Program-made: the position numbers and the translations under genes
Origin: Lama glama
Taxonomy: Eukaryota
Length of the DNA stretch: 64,000 bases
Direction: 5' to 3'
Assembly (NCBI GenBank): GCA_028534125.1
Contig: CM052817.1
Span: 14,262,001 to 14,326,000 of the forward strand
The notes under the pieces: model-generated
Database searches by the model: none
The model's input: only the letters and a program-made list of their open reading frames with translations
Told to the model about the DNA's origin: nothing
Shown: piece by piece, positions 50,465 through 64,000 of the stretch
How the letters are laid out: every line of letters begins with the position of its first letter
How positions within the stretch are numbered: the first letter of the stretch is position 1

Positions 50465-50732
50465 TTCTGAGATTTCCTGAGTTCAAATCTTGGCTTTGTC
50501 AGTACCACTTGACCTAGAGAAATGTGTTTGAATTGTCAGCCCAGTTTCCTTATCTGTAGATTGAAGATAATAATAATTGAGATTAAATGATGGCAGTTAA
50601 CCTTAGAAAGCTATTGAGAGAAGTAATTAATTGATACATGTAAAGCTCCCAGAAAAATGTCTCATAGTAAGCACTTGATAGACACTAGCTGCTATCATCA
50701 TCATCATCATCATTATCATTATCATTATTATT
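50465..50732 (+). mobile_element. MIR SINE with an (ATC/ATT)n tail
   Basis: CCTGAGTTCAAATCTTGGCTTTG...CCCAGTTTCCTTATCTGTAGATTGAAGATAATAATA...CATAGTAAGCACTTGATA, then ATCATCATC. Confidence 0.8.
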
Positions 50733-51075
50733 TCCATGTCTTTAATGTTGACTCTTTTTTTCTCCTTTCCTCTTGGTTCCTTTGCTCTTAATGCCCTTCA
50801 TTCCAACTTTGCATGTTAACAACCATGCCCATCCTTCAAAGCCTAGGACCACACTGCTACCCTTCCACCATTGCTCCTTAGTTTCTCACCAAAAAGCATC
50901 AATCCCTCTTCTGAAACCCAAAACTCTCATGTGCTTCTCACTTTCTGTCTTATATTCTAGATACTCACCTGTACATCTTTGTATTTGTAAGTCTGTGCAT
51001 CCTTGGAGAGTAGGTTCTGTGTATTTCTCACTGGTCTGCCCCAACTGAGAACCCATACTAAGTACATAATGGATC

Positions 51076-51284
51076 TGAGTTGTTCAGTATAATAGTCACT
51101 AGACATATGAAGCTTTTGAATTTTAAATTAATTAAAATTAAAGAAAATTATTAATTCAATTCTTCAGTCTCTTTCACCAAATTTTATATATTCAATAAGC
51201 CATACATGAGAACCAGTTCCTGGACTGAACAGCACAGATACAGAACATTTCCATCATCACAGAAACTTCTACTGGACACTGTTG
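51076..51284 (-). mobile_element. MER3 hAT-Charlie MITE
   Basis: CAGCACAGATACAGAACATTTCCATCATCACAGAAACTTCTACTGGACACTGTTG is the reverse complement of the MER3 5' end; AT-rich core TTTAAATTAATTAAAATTAAA. Confidence 0.85.
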
Positions 51285-51684
51285 CAATAGACAGTACTTA
51301 AATAAATAAATGTTTTGTGATCTCTAGATCTGGATTTTAGAATTATTATTCTCTCAAAAACACTATCTCACCATAAGTTTTTACCAAACAAATGCTCAAA
51401 GCAAAAGCAAGATTTACATCATCAAGATAATTTATCCTATAGGACCAGTGAAAACATCATTTCTAGTATAAGTAGGAATGAGGACAGAGGTAGTGTCTTA
51501 CTGCAGCTAGCCAAAGGGCATTCCAGCATGCAAAAAATATCACCCTCTTTCAGAATGATGGGAAACCCACCTACTCATTGGTTCTAGAATGACCAGTCTT
51601 TCATACCATAGCTAATCATAAAAAATGCATGCCCAGATTTCTAAAATGCTTCATAAAGTTTTAAGTAAAGATTTTCCAGGAAAT

Positions 51685-51824
51685 GGGGGGGGGCGTATAG
51701 CTCAAAACACACAGCCCATGCTTAGCATGCACAAGGTCCTGAGTTCAATCCCCCATACTTCCTCTAAAAATAAATAAATAAAATGAATAAATCACCTCCC
51801 CCTCCAAAAAAAAAAAGAATAAAA
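51685..51824 (+). mobile_element. tRNA-Ala-derived camelid SINE (Vic-type) with 18-bp TSD
   Basis: GGGGGGGGGGCGTATAGCTCA...CATGCTTAGCATGCACAAGGTCCTGAGTTCAATCCCC...(AAAT)n...CACCTCCCCC-poly(A); perfect TSD AAAGATTTTCCAGGAAAT at 51667-51684 and 51825-51842. Confidence 0.92.
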
Positions 51825-51899
51825 AAAGATTTTCCAGGAAATAAAAGGGAACTGTACAGCTCAATTTCCACTAACATTAGGCGAGGCTAAAATTTTGCA

Positions 51900-52360
51900 A
51901 TAGCTCACTACGGCACTTAGAATAAAATCCAAGCCTCTCTGAAAGTTACTTTTCTCTTAAGTCTTATCTGCCAGTGCTCATTCCATTGATTGCTGGCTGG
52001 CCTCCAGCCACACTGCCCTTCTTTCAGCTCACGGAAATAGGCAGGCCCCCCTCTCCCACCAGTTCACAACACACTGCACAGCACACTCTGCAAGGCAGAT
52101 TTCTTGTCCTCACTTTCATATTCACTTCCTCAGAGCTGTCTTACATGACCAGTCAATGCAAAACTATTCCTTCTGTTATCCTTCCTTACAGTGCCTCGTT
52201 ATTCCCCATCATTTATAATTTGATATTTATTTGTTGACATGTATGTCTCCTGCAATAGACATTAAGTTTGCTGAAGGCCAGTACCATCTCTCTTTATTTC
52301 CCAGTATTTATTCAACATCATATTGTGGCAGCTGGATAAATATTTATTAAATAGAGGAAA
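51900..52360 (+). mobile_element. L2 3' region
   Basis: CACTTAGAATAAAATCCAAG...CCTCCAGCCACACTGCCCTTCTTTCAGCTC...TGTCTCCTGCAATAGAC...TAAATATTTATTAAAT. Confidence 0.75.
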
Positions 52361-55300
52361 GAAATAGAATCTCAGATGCCTACATGGCTGTGCTGGAGGA
52401 AACTATGTAATAATTTTTATTTTAAGGAAAGGAATTTTAAACTAACTTATTTTTGTGATAGCCTTTACATGTGTGTGTAGGGGGTGCTATGGAGGGAGTC
52501 AGAGGGAAAGAGGTTTAATTTTCAAAATATCACATAAAAGTATAGAATCATTCATTTAAACTTCTAAAGTCAGAGAGAGGTTCACATACTTCTACAGAGA
52601 AAATTTTAAGGTCCTCATTTTTGATGTGCAATATGAGATTTGGTCACTTTTAGGGACACTGTGAACTAGCATTTAATCTTCAGTGCTCATATTTAGTGGC
52701 TTACAATCCTGGAGCAGTGCCCAGATGGAGAGTGGCAAGATATTTAAGACTGGTATAGCTAACTAAATGCCCTTGAATAATAAAAAAAAGAGGCTTTCCA
52801 TTAAAAGTAATTAATTGTTTCACTGCATTAGTTGGAATGGATTAGAAAGTTGAAAAAATGAAATAAAGAAGGCAGAAACACTAAGAAAATATGAGATGAT
52901 CATAAAAAATTAGATATCCCTTTGGATTAATTTTTTCTCTTCTCTTATATAGCTCACATCAAATGTCAAGGAATAAGTCATATACAGTACAAGAAATCAC
53001 TCTAAATGGCACTAAATTATGAGATATGTGTACATACATACGCACACACAGACACACACACGCACCGAACACTGTAACCGTGATTTCCTACGTATGTTAA
53101 CCCACATGCAAAACTGATTTATCTACAGCCAGAAACATTTTTGAGAATGAGCCAACTGAATCTGTACAAATTTGGAAAAGCATTTAGGCCATATAAAACT
53201 ATCAGAATTATGGGCACTGAATTCAGCTGATGAAGAAAAACAAATCACTACCAGAGTGATAACTAATTCTGCTATCTTTCTCTTTCAATTTAATTCAGAA
53301 AGTCAAGTTCCAATCTTAGTCTAATGTAATTTTAGAACTGGAATGGGCTTTAGAAAAGCTCAGATGCTTTGTTTATTTTGTTGTGGGGATAACTTCACAT
53401 TTGCATCATAATTGGATTTCTCTAAGTTCACTGACATTTCAGTTGGTTTCAATGATCATTAAAGGTTTTCTTTTCTTTAATCTAAATTTGGGTCATGCTC
53501 ACAGGGCTGCTCAAATGCAAATAAACCTATCAGAAAACAGCTGATTTCCACAGAATAGGGCCATGCTAGATGGAGACTCACCAGCTGCAAAATCCCTGTT
53601 ACTGTTAACTGAATGTCACTGATAACTGAACATTATTATCACTGATATGTGACCATCAGGCACATCCACTGTGAGAAAAGACACAGAAACAGATTTTCAT
53701 CTGTGTTATGTAATTCATTCTAAGGACCATGCTAACATTTAAGAGAAAACAGTCTTCGTTTATGACTTTTAATCATAAAATGCAGGTGTCGGTGTTAGCC
53801 ATTGTTCATTCGGGAAAACTTGCTATTCTTTCTTTGTAGCATGGTTAGAGGCCACGATTTATTATTCAGGTGCTCAGATACCCTGTGGATAACCTGGCCT
53901 TTTGACAGTAGTCCTGTGTGTCTTGGCAAACCTGTGAAGCAAGAGTTTCAAGTCAATGTTGTTGAAGCTCTAATGTTGCAATGTTGCAAAAGCTCTAATC
54001 TCTGACATCAGTAAGACAGCAGCATCCCCCTGAAGGTATCACTGAGGCCTGAATAATTTCCATGAACTATACTTTTAAGGTCACTGAATTTTCCACGGGA
54101 TAACGTTAAAAATAACGTAATTCCTCGGGAAAAAAAGAAGTCAAAGGGACTCCATTCTAAAAGAAAGAAAACCATTAAAAAATTTTACCTACCATTTAAA
54201 TTGTTCAGGAAACTTTTGAAACTTTAAACAGCAATTAATGGAACTTCATTTTACACAAGATTTTGAAAATTTTTCAGAGAAATTAAAAAACATGAGAATA
54301 AACATTATGAAAATGTTTTAATGTTCTGAATAAACTCTTACATGTAGAGTGGCATATGTGGTGATGTAAATGGAAATGTCTTCATTTCAGAATTTCTTGT
54401 TAGTCATCACAGCCTCACTACTACCTACCACGTAATAGGTTTTTAACAAAGACGCAGATGAATGAATAAATGAATGAATGAGTAAATAAGTACTTGAAGT
54501 CTTAGCAGTTACATTGCTTTATATTATAAATAAACTTATTCAAATTTTAAGTGTAAAATTTTAAATCTTACTTATTAAACCTCTTTTTAAAAAAATATCA
54601 CAATGAGAGAATTTTACTTAAAAAAGGAAGATCAACATTTCTTACTTGGACTTTGAATTACTTCCTAACTAACAAATAAGAAATGTGCTTAATAATGACT
54701 TTATTCATTCACATCTTAACATGATTTTCCTGGAAGGAAGCACATTGGCCATATGTATATAAAAATTAAAAATGCAGCTCAAGATGCAGCTCTGAGGCTG
54801 TTTAGAAAATAAAACACCAGGGAGAAAGAAAGAGATCCCCCACTTATTCTGGAAGCAAAAATGTACAATCAGGGAAATAAAGTAGGCACTGACTTGACAT
54901 CCAGATTATGAAAGAATTCATCAGGATTTCTACCTGGCATCCAAGCATATGAGTCATCAAGGGACATATGACAGACTGATATTATCTTCACAGGACATAA
55001 GCTAGAACAAATAATATTTCAGTTTTTCTTAACACTTTTAGAAAATGAAATGGCAAACAGCATACTGAGAATTTTTATTAGATGATAATAAAACTGTTTA
55101 ATTAGCCAGTCTCCCGAGGCAGAACCTTTCTCCAGAAGTCTTCCTGTGATTTTCTACAGGAAGGTGGAAGGAAGAGAGCTGCTTCCCCCTGGGAGTTTAT
55201 TAAGTATAAATCCAGAGTCTCAACTCGATAACCAAACAAGCAGATATAGACACAAGAGGCTAAACTCAATGTACTATATCCCAGACTCTTTGATAACATT

Positions 55301-56332
55301 ATTCAAAAACACGTGTTTTTATACATAAATTTGTCTCTTGGTATTTTCTAACCATACATACATCTAGTGGTTTGCTCTGTGGTAAAACTGTTAGTTCTCA
55401 TGGTGTTGGATTAAAAAGTGGCAGATTATCTGCCTAGCATATGGTTCACCTCTATTTAAGTAGACATAAGTCAAATTTACAAGGTAAATATAAAATTACT
55501 ACCAAAACAAAGTGTTCTATTAAAATATTTCTCCAATTACTGTCACATCAATAATATAATTGGTGAAAGAGTTAGAACTTAAATATAATTTTTCTTAATT
55601 TATTATTGAGAAATAGCACATATGTCACTTGGAAAAAATACCTAATTTGCTACTTCACTATTTTAGCTACTCCCTTTTCTTAAATCCACAATGTTCAAAA
55701 TCAATATGAAAGAACTTTTTTAGACAAATGCTCCATATAAGAGTTGACTTCACAGAAGGTATGTTATCAATTATAACAACACATTGCACATCTATAATAT
55801 ATTTTCAAATTCTTTAAGTTTATTTACATGAAAGAAAATCATCACAAGGGCAAACACGAATTTAACCTACCGGAACTTAACTTGAGTTTAGTTAGAGGTT
55901 AAAGAAAACCATGTATTATGTGATTCAGTTTTTTTTCAGATAAAATATGAATTTCAAAGAAATGCAAGCTTTCAACAGATTGCCTCGTACTTCTTGTCCA
56001 GACATTGGCAAGCTTACTATTTCTAGTCTGTCTTCAGAAAAATGCAGTCCTTCTATATTTCCTACATCACAATATACTGGAAAGTTGAAAAAATGAGAGA
56101 GATTTGTGGGTCTCACCCTACATATATTGAATCAGAACAGGATAGGGAAAGAATGCTAGCATTTGGATGTCCATGGGTATATGTTTCTTACACTTATCCA
56201 AACTGAAAAGTACTACTTCAGGAATTCAGATTAAAAAGTTATAAAAACATTCAGTGATTAAACTTTGAAATTTCTTTGCTCTGTGATATTTTGATTTTAA
56301 AAGATGATTTGAAGGAACTCTTCCTAGTAAAT

Positions 56333-56360
56333 CACACACACACACACACACACACACACA
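56333..56360. repeat. (CA)14 microsatellite
   Basis: Seen directly. Confidence 0.95.
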
Positions 56361-56361
56361 A

Positions 56362-56826
56362 ATCACCAATTCCTTCCATTCCTAGAGGTACACCCCTCTA
56401 CAGGATGACTTTGCAGCTCCTTCCAGGAAAGGGTGGAATGTAGTTCTCTACCTCTTGGTATCAGGTCTTCAATGCAGCAAACATGACAGAAGCAGAGACT
56501 TGATAAGTGCTTGTACAGTGGAGCTTGACCCATCTTGCTACTACTATGTAAAGAAGCCTGGGTTAGCCTGCTAGGTACTACAGACACAAGACACAGCTGC
56601 TTCCTTCACTGCAGTCACCAGCCAGCAGTGTGAAGGAGGCCACTGGGTACCAACCTGCCCCTAGCTGACTGCACTGGTAAAAGTGAGGTCAGGAGACTCC
56701 TGGAGAACTGCCCAACCGGGCCCTGCCCAAATGGCCAACCCATAGTTTTGCAAGTAAATAAATGACTGTTGTGTTCAGCCACTAATATTGTGGGTGGTTT
56801 ATTACACAGCAAAAGCTAACTAATCT
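56362..56826 (+). mobile_element. MaLR LTR, MLT1F/G/H-like
   Basis: GACTTTGCAGCTCCTTCCAGGAAAGGGTGG...GAGAACTGCCCAACCGGGCCCTGCCCAAAT...AATAAATGACTGTTGTGTTCAGCCACTAA...TTATTACACAGCAAAAGCTAACT. Confidence 0.85.
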
Positions 56827-57459
56827 ATCCCTTCTTACAAAAAGAAGAACAAATAGAAGATGAAGTTTCTGAAGTTAATTTTGGTGGTGCTGAAATTTTA
56901 CCACACTCCTGGATTATTTCAAATGTTCCATTTCAGGACCTGACATAAGTGGCAAACATATTTGTATAGGACCAATAGATTCCAGACATGTTGCCCTACC
57001 TAAACAAGTACTACTGAGAGATGTTACACATGCAGGAAGGAAAAAAAAAAAACACTTTCGAAAAATAAACATAAAAAAACTTGCAAATAGAAAATCACCT
57101 GTGACATTTAGTTTGACTTTTACAAAGGAAATTTGCTTTCATTACTGAAAATCTAAATTTACCATGGTAACAGCTACCTCACACATCACTTCCATTCTCA
57201 GCAAAGGTATTTGTAAAGGATGAAGCAAACTATACTAGAACATGAAATTTCTCATTATGATGTTTGTGTAAGGTATCTTGACAGTCCTATCATCAGGCTG
57301 TTTTTATATAAAATTTCTTTATTACACTTATGATAATTAGAATTGTTCCCACATAACTGAAGCTAATGACAAAGTATGTAAATATGCTTTGAAAACTAAG
57401 ACTATAAAATGCTACATACTATTATAAGAACAATAATATTATGTTGAGGAGAATTTCAT

Positions 57460-57950
57460 TACGTAGACTCATGCACTGATATATTTGACATAAGAGCACC
57501 TACTCTGTGCCATGTACATGTTTAAGTATTGGTGATGTTAAAGTTAATATGATAGAAAATGTCCAGCTCTAATGGAAACTATATTTTAACAAGGAGAACA
57601 AGATAATTACAAGCATTTATAGGTTCTGTAAAGAAAACAAAACCAAAAAACATGAAAGATCATGGCAGAAAACTTTAAATGGAGAATAAGGAGCCTCTTA
57701 GGGAGGTAACATTTAAGATAGGGCCTGAACAAAAAAAGGAGCCAGTCATACACATTTTAAAGAGGATAGAAAGTTCAAAAGACCTAAAGTTGCAATGGCA
57801 TTGGCCTTTTCAGATTCCAAAAGAAGGCCAGCATGACTGATACCTAGTGAGCCAAAAGGAAAGTGCTAAGAGAGAAAATTAGAGAAGTTGTGTGGATGGA
57901 GCACATAGTCTTATAAGCTATTGGAATTCATTTAGATCTTATCCTAAATG
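57460..57950 (-). mobile_element. L2 3' region
   Basis: GAGCACCTACTCTGTGCCATG...GGGAGGTAACATTTAAGATAGGGCCTGAA...AAGAAGGCCAGCATGACTG. Confidence 0.8.
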
Positions 57951-60900
57951 TCTGTACACATCTGAAATCTACAAAGTCAGTTTTGACAGAGCTGTATGGG
58001 GACTTTGTCTGCCAACAGAACAATGTGATTCTGAAAACCCACCAGAAGCATACAAGTTGTATGGATTCTTAACTGAAGCAATGCAGTGATTTCATACTGA
58101 CTACTACTAAATGAGTAAGAATCCAGAAATATTTGGAAAGGCAGAATAATTCTATAAAAGGTTCACCATCCTAGTTAAAGTCCTTTTAGACTCTTTTCTA
58201 GACTCTTCCCACCCAGATACCTTGGTCTTAACATATTCGTGTATTAACAGAACAGCAACAACAACAACATGTAGAGAACTAGTCAACAAAGTGTCTTTTT
58301 AAAGAACTTATTCAAACCAGTCTAGGAAAAAACTTATAGGACTTAACTGAAATTAAGAGAGTGGTCACTGAAATAAGACTGTTTTAGTAAATCAATGTTC
58401 AGGCTTATTAAAGATGGCACCATACGTGGAAAAAAATAAGGATGAAAAAAATTGCAAATAATGTAAAGTCTAATGACTCGACTAAAATTCAACTAATTGT
58501 AAATTGAAGAAAACTCTGCTGTAAATAACAAAAGGCGTATTTATTTCTTTATATATATATATATAAAATGTGCATATGATGAGAACTGAGTGAATAACAG
58601 GTAGAAATGGTTATGTTTGAGATTTAAAGTAAACACTGAAGATTTAGAAATGATGGCAGAAGGAGCCTTAAAATAATTTTTGAGTCTGTTTTCACAAGAG
58701 AAAAAGAAATGTTTACAATATACAGAACTAAATAATATAATATGCAGTTAATATTTCTTTACATGCACTATTTTTGTTATTGTAATAGATTCTCTCATAA
58801 AAGTAAACTTAAGACTTTATCTTACAATAATAATCCAATTGGTCAATAACACGAATGTATATAAGTAATAAAACGTTAAAACACAAAGTAAATTTCACTT
58901 GTGTTTAAATATTTCACACTAAATAAGTTAAAAACTACAGTTATCCTGTAAAGAAAAATGGCTACAATTTGCACATCTCAAATTCCTTCCAGGTAAAATT
59001 AATAAAACTGTGTTCAAGTCCCATAGCCAAACAGTAAGAAAAAAAGTAAGAAGGGAGGAACATAAGAGACTTAGGAATAAACCAAAGGAAATGGAATAAA
59101 AAAGTACTTCTTGGGAGATTTTACTCTCTAACACTACAGAAGAAATACTTTAATAAAATATTGAAAACATTTTAATGTACTAATAAACTGAAACAAGGGA
59201 AGAATTTCAGAGAAGCCAAAAACATGGTTAAAGCAGAAACTAGTGGATGATCAAGCACCAAAGTTTGCTTTCATCCTGAGGGTTTCTGCCAAATTCTGGA
59301 AAACTTAACATTCATTTTTAAAGGATATTCAGAGCACAGAGGACAGGAAATCTATGCATAAACACAGAACCATAAAATTGAAGAAGAAATAATCTTCCCC
59401 CACAAAAAAAGGGAAAAACAGGCAAACCTGCCTGTTGTGAATTTGGCACTGTGTTGAGAACAAATAAATAAATAAACTCTCCTGAGACTCTCTAACACAA
59501 GCTGGACCTCATATGGATTCACAGTCTAAACTCACACTCCTGTGTCACCAAAAAAGCAGCAAGCCAAGGATTTAGTTTAAAGTGTTCCATGTGTGGTAGA
59601 CTCCCTGATGTTTGAAATAACAAACAAAAGCTTTCTCTAGGGGAAAACACCTTCAACCCTGACCTCAAAGAATTCCCATATAAAAAACTTTAAGTAAAAA
59701 AGCAGTTCCAAGTTAAAAACAAGGAAAAAGGCACCATTAATGAGAGTTTGGGGGGAAAAACACTGTAGAGTAACACTCACAAGTACTTCACTTACAGTAA
59801 CTATCTCTACAGAATGCTAACTATGTGTATTAATACCATCAAAACTTAAAATTTAAAACAGGACTTTGTAGTAAGAAACTCAATTTTAAAAATAACTGAA
59901 TACATTTTGAAAAATCTAAAGGAATTTCTATAAATAATTACTGAAATTACTACTTGATGAAATGACTAACAGATTAGATATACAATATTAGAATTTGTAA
60001 ACTGGGAAGTAGTTTCAAAGAATTCACCCTAATTGAAGTACAGAAAAACAAAGATATGGGAAAAAAGAAAAACATGTAAGATACACCAAGGTATTGTAAG
60101 AAGATCTAACACACACATAATTAAATTTTCAGAAGATAATAGAGATAAAGAAGCAACAATATTTGAAAAGATACCAAAACTGTTGAAAGACATGGATTCT
60201 GAACTCTAGTAAAAAATATAAACTGAAAATTGAAATTTATTCCAAGGTACATATAGTGAACCTACAGAATATCAAAGAGAATGACAAGATCTTAAAGCAG
60301 GAAGGAAATAAAGAAAGGATAGATCATTTAGAGGTGGATAGCAATTAGAATAATTATTGACTTCTAAATAAAATGAAGGCAGTGTGAAATAATATCTTCC
60401 AAATGCTGATAAGGAAAAAAAATCAAAATAAAATTATATACTCCAAACACAAAAGTGAATCAATGAAATTTCAGACAAAATTCAAAATGGAGTTTACTAC
60501 AAACTAACTAAAATAATCACAAATATAATTAAGAATGAAGGAAAATGATACCAGATGGGAGCTTTGAAATGTCATAAGAATTGATGAGAAGTATGTTGGC
60601 TAATATTTTCATAACTCTGCAAAAATACATATGGGGGGGAAGTAAGATGGAATGACAATAGAGGAAAAAACAGCACTGACATTGCAAGGGGATGATGGTC
60701 ATTAGTATGTCCTTAGATCCTTGTGTAGCTCAAAAAGGATGGGTACACACTTATTAATTTTAGATTTTGTTAACTAGGAATGGCAAAGTGTAAAAGTAAC
60801 TACTAGAAGAATGGAAAGTCTGTGAAACTTCCAAACAGCTAAAGGAAACAAAATGAAAAGAAAAATCTAAAAGAAAGCAATAAAAAAACTTTTAAAAACA

Positions 60901-61832
60901 ACAAATAATATAGAAACAGATCCAAATATTTCAGCAACCAAATAAATAGATATGGATTAAAGAATCCCAGCTATGTGCTGCTTATAAAAGATACACCTAA
61001 AACATAATACCGAACGGTTGAAAGTAGAGATTTTGAAAAGCAAAACATAACCCACAAGAAAACTGGTATGGCTATATTACTAGTAAACAAAATAGACTCA
61101 AAAGATAACACTTTTAGAGATAAAGAGAAGGACGATGTAAGGATAAATTTTTCCATTTACCAGGAAAACAATTCTAACATATGTATATACCCTAATAACA
61201 CAACCCCATAATAACATATTAAGCAAAAAATTAGTGGAATTGCATGATAACATTTAAAAAGTCCATAGAACCTCAGAAATTTAAACATCAGACAGACAGA
61301 AGTTTTTAAAGATACAGAAGATTTAAATAACACAGTGAACAAGCCTGCTCAAATATACATACACATCTATTATAAGAGAATATTTTTCACAGAGAGTAGT
61401 TACACACACACAGACATATTCTCAATATGTCTGAAGGATTGGTGTCATAGAGTACATACCACATTCACTAATCACAAAATAATTATATTAGAAATCAATG
61501 ACAAAATAACAAAAAAAACTAGAAAAATTACATATATTTGGAAATTTTAAAACACTACTAAGTCACTCGGTCAAAGAACTCATTGAGAATTGGATGATAT
61601 TTAAAACCTAACACTAGATACCAAAACTTGGTGGATGCAACTAACTGGTATATACATAAAGATTGCAAAAATTTCAAATTAATGAGTCAAGCATCAATTT
61701 TAAAAGTCAGGACAAGAACAACAGATTAAGCTCAAAGAAAATAGAAAGCAGGAAAGAGAAGTAGAAATTATTAAAATTGAGAAGATCAAAAGAGCAACAA
61801 CAACATCCTAGCTAACTAGGACTAGAAGGAAC

Positions 61833-62293
61833 TTTTTTGTTTTATATGTATCTTTTCCTCCCAGCTTTATTGAGGAAAACTGATAAAATTGTATATATTA
61901 AAATATATAACATGATGATATAATATGTATACACACTGTGAAATGATTACCAAGAACAAGTTAATTAACATATCCATCACCTTACACAGTTAACTCTTTC
62001 CTCATGTGTGGTGAGAACTCTAAGATCCACTCTCATCAAATTTCAAGTACAGAATATAATATTATTAACTATAGTCACCATGCTGTATATTAGATCCTCA
62101 GAACATATTCATCTTATAACAGAGTTTGTACCCTTTGACAAGCATCTCCCTATTTCCACACACCCCTGGTAATCACCGTTCTATTCTGTTTCTATTAGAT
62201 CTGCTTTTTTTCAAAAAGATTCTCCACATAAATGATACCATGCAGTATTTGTTTTTCTCTATCTAGCACATTTCACTTGGCATAATGTCTTCA
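61833..62293 (-). mobile_element. L1MA9-like 3' UTR nested in the older L1
   Basis: CCCAGCTTTATTGAGG...GTTAATTAACATATCCATCACC...TTAACTATAGTCACCATGCTGTATATTAGATCCTCAGAAC...ATTTCACTTGGCATAATGTC. Confidence 0.9.
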
Positions 62294-63075
62294 CTAAGAA
62301 ACATTCTTAGCACATGATTTGTGTACACAGAATGCACACACATACAAATATACAGATAAATAATATGAATTAATAAGAGATTTGTTTAACAATTGGATAC
62401 AAAATCAATTAAAAATTTAATTACATTTATATAAACTGGTCAAAGCCAGAAAACTTATATATTGAGGAAAAATACTTTTTAGGTTAGCAAGAAAAGCAAT
62501 AAGATGCCTAGAAGCAAATCTAACAAAAGATATAAAAGCCTTAATAGAGAAAATAAAACTGTTGAAAGGTAATGAAGCCCTCAATAAATGAAGAATCTAT
62601 GCTCAAATATAGGAAAATCAATAAATCTCAGTAATGTCTCCCAAGGAACCTAATAAACTTCTTCTAAAACTGATATGGAAAAGAAAAGGGACAAGACTAG
62701 TCAAGACTCTTGAAAAGAATGACGTAGAAGATTTTCTAAGCCATAAATAAATATTTTTTAAAAAGTAAAGAAATGATAAGTGATGCATTGTGGCACTGGC
62801 TCATGGATGTAGAGAATATAGCGTGGCGAGCTCAAAGACACAGTCAGCACTGTACAGAGACAGGGTGGGATCTGTGGGTTGGAGGAGGAAGGACGGTCTT
62901 GGGGCAATTAATTACCCTCTCAACCCAAAACAAATTCCAGGTAAATCAAATTCATAAATATGAAAGGCAAATTGTTTTTAATTTATAGGAATAAAATACA
63001 AAAAGCTTCACTATGAACCTAGAGTAAGATTTTTTTAAATAAGAAACAAAGTGTGAACCATAAAAGACAGTGATA

Positions 63076-63255
63076 TTGTAGAATAGATAACCAAGATTAC
63101 ACTGTATAGCACAGGGAAATATACACAAAATGTTATGATAAATCACAGAGAAAAAAATGTGACAATGAGTGTGTATATGTCCATGAATGACTGAAAAATT
63201 GTGCTGAACAGTGGAATTTGACACAACATTGTAAAATGATTATAAATCAATAAAA
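63076..63255 (+). mobile_element. Camelid-type L1 3' end, 5'-truncated, perfect 14-bp TSD
   Basis: TSD AAAAGACAGTGATA at 63062-63075 and 63256-63269; body ...GACTGAAAAATTGTGCTGAACAGTGGAATTTGACACAACATTGTAAA...AATAAA. Confidence 0.93.
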
Positions 63256-63359
63256 AAAAGACAGTGATAAATTCTACTATATAAAAGTTTAAAAAGCGTG
63301 AAAAGATAAATCAGAGATGACAAAAAGCTAGTTAAGTTGATGTTTGACTATTCTGAAAA

Positions 63360-64000
63360 ACTTGATAAGCAATAATTGAAAAACAACCCACAAGAGAAAA
63401 TAAATTTTTATAGGCCTGTATCCATTAAAGAAATTGGATCAATAATTAACAATTTTCAAAAAAAAAAACAACCCAGAAAGCATCAGGTCCAGATTAGTTC
63501 ACTGGTGAATTCCGCTAAACATTTAAGGAAGACATTATACCAATTTTTCTATGATCCCCTCGGAGAATATAAGCAGACTCATTCTATGAGGCCAGTTTTA
63601 TCCTAATACTAAAACCAGACAAAGACATTATGAGAAAAGAAAACTAGTATTTCTCATGAACATAGATGTGACAATTCTCAACAATATGTCAGCAAATTAA
63701 ATCTAAAAAAGTATAAAAAGAATTATAGCATGTGAGATTTAACCCAGATATGCAAGGCTGGTTCAACATTTGAAAATCAGTTAATGTAATTTATCACATC
63801 AATACACTAAGAAAGAAAACTCACATGAGCATATCAATAGATATAGAAGAAGCATTTGACAAAATCCACCACTCATTCATGACAAAATATATCATAAACT
63901 AGGAAGAGAGAAACTTTCTCAACTTGTTAAAGACAACCTACAAAAAAACGCCACATCTAGCATCATACTTCATGGTGAGAAAATTTAAGCTTTCCCATGA
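63360..64000 (+). mobile_element. L1M ORF2 (RT N-terminal region) fragment running off the window end
   Basis: CAGGTCCAGATTAGTTCACTGGTGAATTC...CTCATTCTATGAGGCCAG...AAAACCAGACAAAGACAT...ATGCAAGGCTGGTTCAACAT...GCATTTGACAAAATCCA. Confidence 0.92.

Larger units (their letters stand above)
59050..63330 (+). mobile_element. Long, highly degraded ancient L1 (5' UTR/ORF1/ORF2) with younger nested L1 insertions
   Basis: A-rich strand; ORF1-like ATAGTGAACCTACAGAATATCAAAGAG...ATCTTAAAGCAG; endonuclease-like CCCAGCTATGTGCTGCTTATAAAAGATACACCTAAAA and GCTATATTACTAGTAAACAAAATAGAC; later ORF2 motifs at 62380-63060. Confidence 0.7.

Noticed and set aside
51685..51760. tRNA-Ala gene
   Set aside because: A-box/D-arm disrupted, followed by an AT-rich tail and poly(A) and flanked by a TSD, so it is a SINE

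Overview
Mammalian, almost certainly camelid (Camelus/Vicugna), non-coding genomic DNA: intergenic or deep in a large intron, with one 500-N scaffold gap at 35050-35549. The taxon call rests on a tRNA-Ala-derived Vic-type SINE and camelid/cetartiodactyl-type L1 3' ends. I found no intact protein-coding gene. The only ORFs with recognisable homology are a full-length processed RPS23 pseudogene (minus strand, 41622-42156, with poly(A) and a 16-bp TSD) and L1 ORF2 remnants. Much of the window is interspersed repeat: L1, L2, MIR, MaLR/ERV LTRs, hAT DNA transposons (MER63B, MER33, MER3) and microsatellites. The most notable items are (1) a 513-bp solo ERV1 LTR (MER41-like) carrying a GAS site, tandem CCAAT boxes and an octamer, nested in an L1; (2) an A>G / CpG-gaining substitution skew in the RPS23 retrocopy and unusual CpG richness of a nearby ancient L2; (3) a perfect DR4 nuclear-receptor element; (4) a strong CTCF motif; (5) a rare (ACCG)9 microsatellite; (6) two atypical L1 insertions (twin-primed and internally primed). 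I see no convincing evidence for a wholly novel biological system. Repeat subfamily names are recalled from consensus sequences, not from a database search, and repeat boundaries without a TSD are approximate.
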